This document shows positions 60,478 through 64,000 of a DNA stretch of 64,000 nt, in pieces. Numbering within the stretch: position 1 is the first letter of the stretch; the number at the start of each line of letters is the position of its first letter. The stretch is from Candidatus Omnitrophota bacterium (GTDB lineage: Bacteria > Omnitrophota > Gorgyraeia > Gygaellales > Profunditerraquicolaceae): positions 439,221 to 503,220 of the forward strand of contig QZKH01000003.1 in the NCBI GenBank assembly GCA_003598025.1, read 5' to 3'. A model generated the notes under the pieces. It searched no databases. It was not told the DNA's origin and worked only from the letters and a program-made list of their open reading frames with translations. A program made the translations under genes and the position numbers.

Positions 60478-63400
60478 TCATACAACTGTTTCTTTTACCC
60501 TCGCCTGTTTCAATGATTCGTGATACTCCTGTAAGGATTGCGGCTTAGAGGACATTTTCCTAACCGATTCAATACCGTCTACTGTTGCCCTGGCTGCAGA
60601 CATTGTAGTTACATAAGGTATCTTATACTGGATAGCAAGCATACGTATATAGCTGTCATCGTAAACACTCATTCGACCTGCAGGGGTATTGACGATAAGG
60701 TTAATCTCTTTATTTTTTACCGCATCTGCTATATTCGGCCGGCCTTCATGAAGCTTCTTGATTAATACAGATTCCAGGCCCTTACTCATGAGGAAATTGT
60801 GGGTATTTTCTGTTGCCAGTAACCTGAATCCCATATTAGATAATTTACCGGCGATAAGCAGAAGCTCATCCTTATCTTTATCATTAACCGTCACCAAAAC
60901 ATTGCCTTCTGTAGGAAGCCTTGTCCCTGCTGATTCCTGGGCTTTAAAGAAAGCCATGCCAAAATCCTTGTCAATACCCATAACTTCTCCTGTCGCGCGC
61001 ATCTCCGGCCCCAACACGGGATCGACCTCAGGAAACATATTGAAAGGAAACACTGCTTCCTTAACTGTAACATAGGGCAAAGCTTTTTGCGCAAGCTCAG
61101 GGAAATCACTTATTTTCTTGCCCATCATCAGAAGCGTAGCAATACGTGCAAGCGGAATACCTGTGGTCTTGGCTACAAAAGGGACAGTCCTTGACGCCCG
61201 GGGATTAGCCTCCAGGATATAAACTTCATCTTCACAGATAGCAAATTGGATATTTATAAAACCTACGACCTTAAGCTCGCGGGCAATTTTGCTGGTCCAT
61301 TCTTCGATTGTTTTTAAATGCCTGGCTTTTAAAGTACGGGAAGGTATAGTGCAGGCGGAATCTCCTGAATGTATACCAGCGTGTTCAATATGCTCCATTA
61401 CCGCCGCTACAAATGTCTGCTCCCCGTCACAAAGGGCATCTACCTCGCACTCTGTAGCATTAGCAAGAAAACGGTCGATAAGCATTGGGTACTCCGGGCT
61501 TACCTGGATAGCTTCCTTGGCATATTTAGCCAGCATCTTTTCGTCATAGATTATCTCCATCCCCCTGCCGCCCAAAACAAAAGATGGCCTCACCATCACC
61601 GGATAGCCAATTTTACCTGCAATGGCTATAGCTTCATCCAAAGAAAAGGCTGTTGCTCCTTCTGTCTGGCGGATCTTTAACTCAATCATCTTCTGCCTGA
61701 ATAATTCCCTGTCTTCAGCGAAAGAGATGCTTTTTGTGCTGGTACCTAATATTTTCACTCCGCATTGCTCAAGTTCGCCGGCGATATTAAGGGGCGTCTG
61801 TCCGCCAAATTGCACAATAGCCCCGAGCGGCTTTTCTTTTTCCCATATAGTCAGGACATCCTCAACTGTCAAAGGTTCAAAATACAGTTTATTGGAAGTA
61901 TCGTAATCGGTTGATACTGTTTCGGGATTACAATTAATCATAATCGATTCATAGCCTTCATCGCGCAGGGCAAAAGCTGCATGAACGCATGTATAATCAA
62001 ATTCGATACCCTGGCCTATGCGGTTAGGCCCGCCGCCCAGAATAAGCACCTTCTTCTTATCAGAAACAGGCACAAGGTCCTTACCGGAAGAATAAGTAGA
62101 ATAATAATAAGCGGCATCTTTTACGCCGCTAACAGGCACAGCCTCGAAACGGGCGTTCCCTACAACTTTTTTCCTGCGTTTACGGACGTCGGCTTCTTTG
62201 ATATTGAAAATCTTCGCAAGATATTTATCGCTAAACCCCCACTCTTTAGCTTTTTTTAACTCTTTATCGCTTAAACCTTTCCAGCCCGCGTCAAGCATAT
62301 CCTGCTCAAAATCTACCATTTCTTTCATCTCTTGTATAAACCATTTTCCTATATGAGTTATTTTGTTCAGCTCAACCACGCCTATGCCTTTACGCAAGGC
62401 TTCATACATCAGAAAAACCCTCTCACTGGAAGGAAAAGCCAGCTTGAGCTTCAAGTCTTCCAAAGACAAAGTGTTGAAATCTTTAGCAAATCCCAAACCA
62501 TACCTGTTTGTCTCAAGGGAACGTATTGATTTACCGAACCCCTCCTTGAATGATTTAGCGATACTCATCACTTCGCCAACTGCCTTCATCTGGGTACCAA
62601 GTATATCTTTTGCCTGGCGGAATTTCTCAAAAGCCCAACGCGCAAATTTTATAACAACATAATCCCCCCAAGGTTCGTAATTATCCAATGTCCCTTTTCT
62701 CCAGTACGGCATTTCATTAAGGTTAAGCCCCGAAGCCAGTTTAGCTGAAATGCGGGCAATAGGAAACCCTGTTGCCTTGGAAGCAAGCGCAGATGAACGC
62801 GAAGTACGCGGATTAATCTCTATTACCACCAGTCGGTCGTCCTTCGGATTATGGGCAAATTGAATGTTCGTGCCGCCGACTACCCCAATTGCGTCAACTA
62901 TTTTATATGAAAGTTCCTGCATTTTCTTCTGTAAAGACTGCGGGACAGTGAGCATCGGCGCTACGCAAAAGCTGTCTCCGGTATGAACCCCCATTGCGTC
63001 AATATTTTCGATGAAACAAACCGTAATCTTTTTGTTTTGCTCATCACGGACCACTTCCAATTCCAGCTCTTCCCAGCCGATAACCGCTTCCTCTATTAAA
63101 ACCTGATGGATGAGGCTTGCGTTTATCCCGCGGTTAACCAATACTACCAGGTCCTCGTTATTATAAGCGATTCCGCCGCCGGTCCCTCCAAGCGTATAGG
63201 CCGGGCGCACAACAACCGGATACCCAAGCTCCTGAGAAATCTTTAATGCCTCTTCTTCGGAATGGCATATCTTTGAGCGCGGTACGGGTATATCAAGTTT
63301 TTTCATTGTATCTTTGAATACCTCACGATCTTCACCGCGTTCAATCGCGTCCGCCTTAACTCCGATGATTTTAACTTTAAATTTATCAAGCACACCTGAT

Positions 63401-63711
63401 TTATGCAAAGCGGATGCCAGGTTTAAACCCGTCTGTCCACCCAAATTCGGCAATAATGCATCCGGCCGCTCTCTTTCAATAATATTACTGACACTTTCTA
63501 CGGTAAGAGGTTCAATATAAGTCCTGTCAGCCATACCCGGGTCAGTCATGATGGTGGCGGGGTTTGAATTAACTAATACAATCTCGTAGCCTTCCTCGCG
63601 CAGAGCCTTGCAAGCCTGTGTACCGGAATAATCAAATTCACACGCCTGTCCTATTATAATAGGTCCCGAGCCTATTATTAAAACCTTCTTTATGTCTTTT
63701 CTTCTTGGCAT
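60478..63711 (-). CDS. carB: Carbamoyl-phosphate synthase large subunit
   Basis: GSGPIIIGQACEFDYSG, NSNPATIMTD, EINPRTSRSSALASKATG, second ATP-grasp, MGS domain. Confidence 0.98.
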   Translation of the reverse strand: MPRRKDIKKVLIIGSGPIIIGQACEFDYSGTQACKALREEGYEIVLVNSNPATIMTDPGMADRTYIEPLTVESVSNIIERERPDALLPNLGGQTGLNLASALHKSGVLDKFKVKIIGVKADAIERGEDREVFKDTMKKLDIPVPRSKICHSEEEALKISQELGYPVVVRPAYTLGGTGGGIAYNNEDLVVLVNRGINASLIHQVLIEEAVIGWEELELEVVRDEQNKKITVCFIENIDAMGVHTGDSFCVAPMLTVPQSLQKKMQELSYKIVDAIGVVGGTNIQFAHNPKDDRLVVIEINPRTSRSSALASKATGFPIARISAKLASGLNLNEMPYWRKGTLDNYEPWGDYVVIKFARWAFEKFRQAKDILGTQMKAVGEVMSIAKSFKEGFGKSIRSLETNRYGLGFAKDFNTLSLEDLKLKLAFPSSERVFLMYEALRKGIGVVELNKITHIGKWFIQEMKEMVDFEQDMLDAGWKGLSDKELKKAKEWGFSDKYLAKIFNIKEADVRKRRKKVVGNARFEAVPVSGVKDAAYYYSTYSSGKDLVPVSDKKKVLILGGGPNRIGQGIEFDYTCVHAAFALRDEGYESIMINCNPETVSTDYDTSNKLYFEPLTVEDVLTIWEKEKPLGAIVQFGGQTPLNIAGELEQCGVKILGTSTKSISFAEDRELFRQKMIELKIRQTEGATAFSLDEAIAIAGKIGYPVMVRPSFVLGGRGMEIIYDEKMLAKYAKEAIQVSPEYPMLIDRFLANATECEVDALCDGEQTFVAAVMEHIEHAGIHSGDSACTIPSRTLKARHLKTIEEWTSKIARELKVVGFINIQFAICEDEVYILEANPRASRTVPFVAKTTGIPLARIATLLMMGKKISDFPELAQKALPYVTVKEAVFPFNMFPEVDPVLGPEMRATGEVMGIDKDFGMAFFKAQESAGTRLPTEGNVLVTVNDKDKDELLLIAGKLSNMGFRLLATENTHNFLMSKGLESVLIKKLHEGRPNIADAVKNKEINLIVNTPAGRMSVYDDSYIRMLAIQYKIPYVTTMSAARATVDGIESVRKMSSKPQSLQEYHESLKQARVKETVV

Positions 63712-63758
63712 ATCTTAATCCTCCTAAAAAGATGATTAAAAATTAGGCAGAGCACATT

Positions 63759-63796
63759 AAAAAAAAGGCAATTCTTAATTTAATAAGAATTGCCTT
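63759..63796 (-). terminator. Intrinsic terminator inside the carB leader (attenuator-like)
   Basis: 13-bp stem AAGGCAATTCTTA/TAAGAATTGCCTT ending in a T8 run on minus strand, between promoter and carB RBS. Confidence 0.78.
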
Positions 63797-63862
63797 GAAA
63801 TCCTGAATGTGCCGGTAAAAACATAAGCTGTGCCCTTTAAACTTGTCCTGATTCTTTTTACT

Positions 63863-63891
63863 ATTGTATTAGGCAAAATTACGGGAGTCAA
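63863..63891 (-). promoter_or_regulatory. Sigma70 promoter of carB
   Basis: TTGACT-17 nt-TACAAT. Confidence 0.75.
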
Positions 63892-64000
63892 GACTAATTT
63901 ATGCTGCCCGAAAAACTGGCTATTGGCTCTTGCCTCTTATTTTTATTCCCCGCGCACGCAGCTCATCAGTCTTTCGCTTAGAACACTCCATACACAGGAA

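Noticed and set aside
63901-64000. 3' end of an upstream minus-strand gene
   Set aside because: Two frames are plausible and the fragment is too short to assign

Overview
Bacterial chromosomal window, roughly 40% GC by eye. Nearly every gene is on the minus strand, with a diguanylate cyclase as the one clear exception. Gene content and style suggest Candidatus Omnitrophota/PVC, but this is an inference. The left ~3.75 kb is the end of an integrated element carrying radC, a HEPN-like gene, a metallophosphoesterase and an AbiE-type toxin-antitoxin pair. It appears to have inserted into the 5' end of miaB. The rest holds transporters, a RAYT transposase with flanking palindromes, a copper/metal cluster, housekeeping genes (tal, purC, pckG, trxB, lipA, def, panD, ackA, pta, trxA, hppA, cbiMNQO-like, glgP, pgi, purU, carB), tandem cold-shock genes and a fluoride riboswitch-crcB locus. 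The most striking signal is a five-gene cassette at 33.9-39.6 kb: ECF sigma, soluble zinc-finger anti-sigma, membrane-anchored CHAT (caspase-like) protease with TPRs, DUF2007-like protein and a secreted BNR beta-propeller with a TolC-like tail. The cassette is bracketed by related REP-like repeats. A candidate ECF promoter (GTTAGA-N15/16-CGTC) precedes the anti-sigma gene, the beta-propeller gene and, ~25 kb away, the RAYT transposase. This suggests a protease-triggered sigma regulon that includes a REP-associated transposase. No database searches were run; family calls rest on motif recognition.
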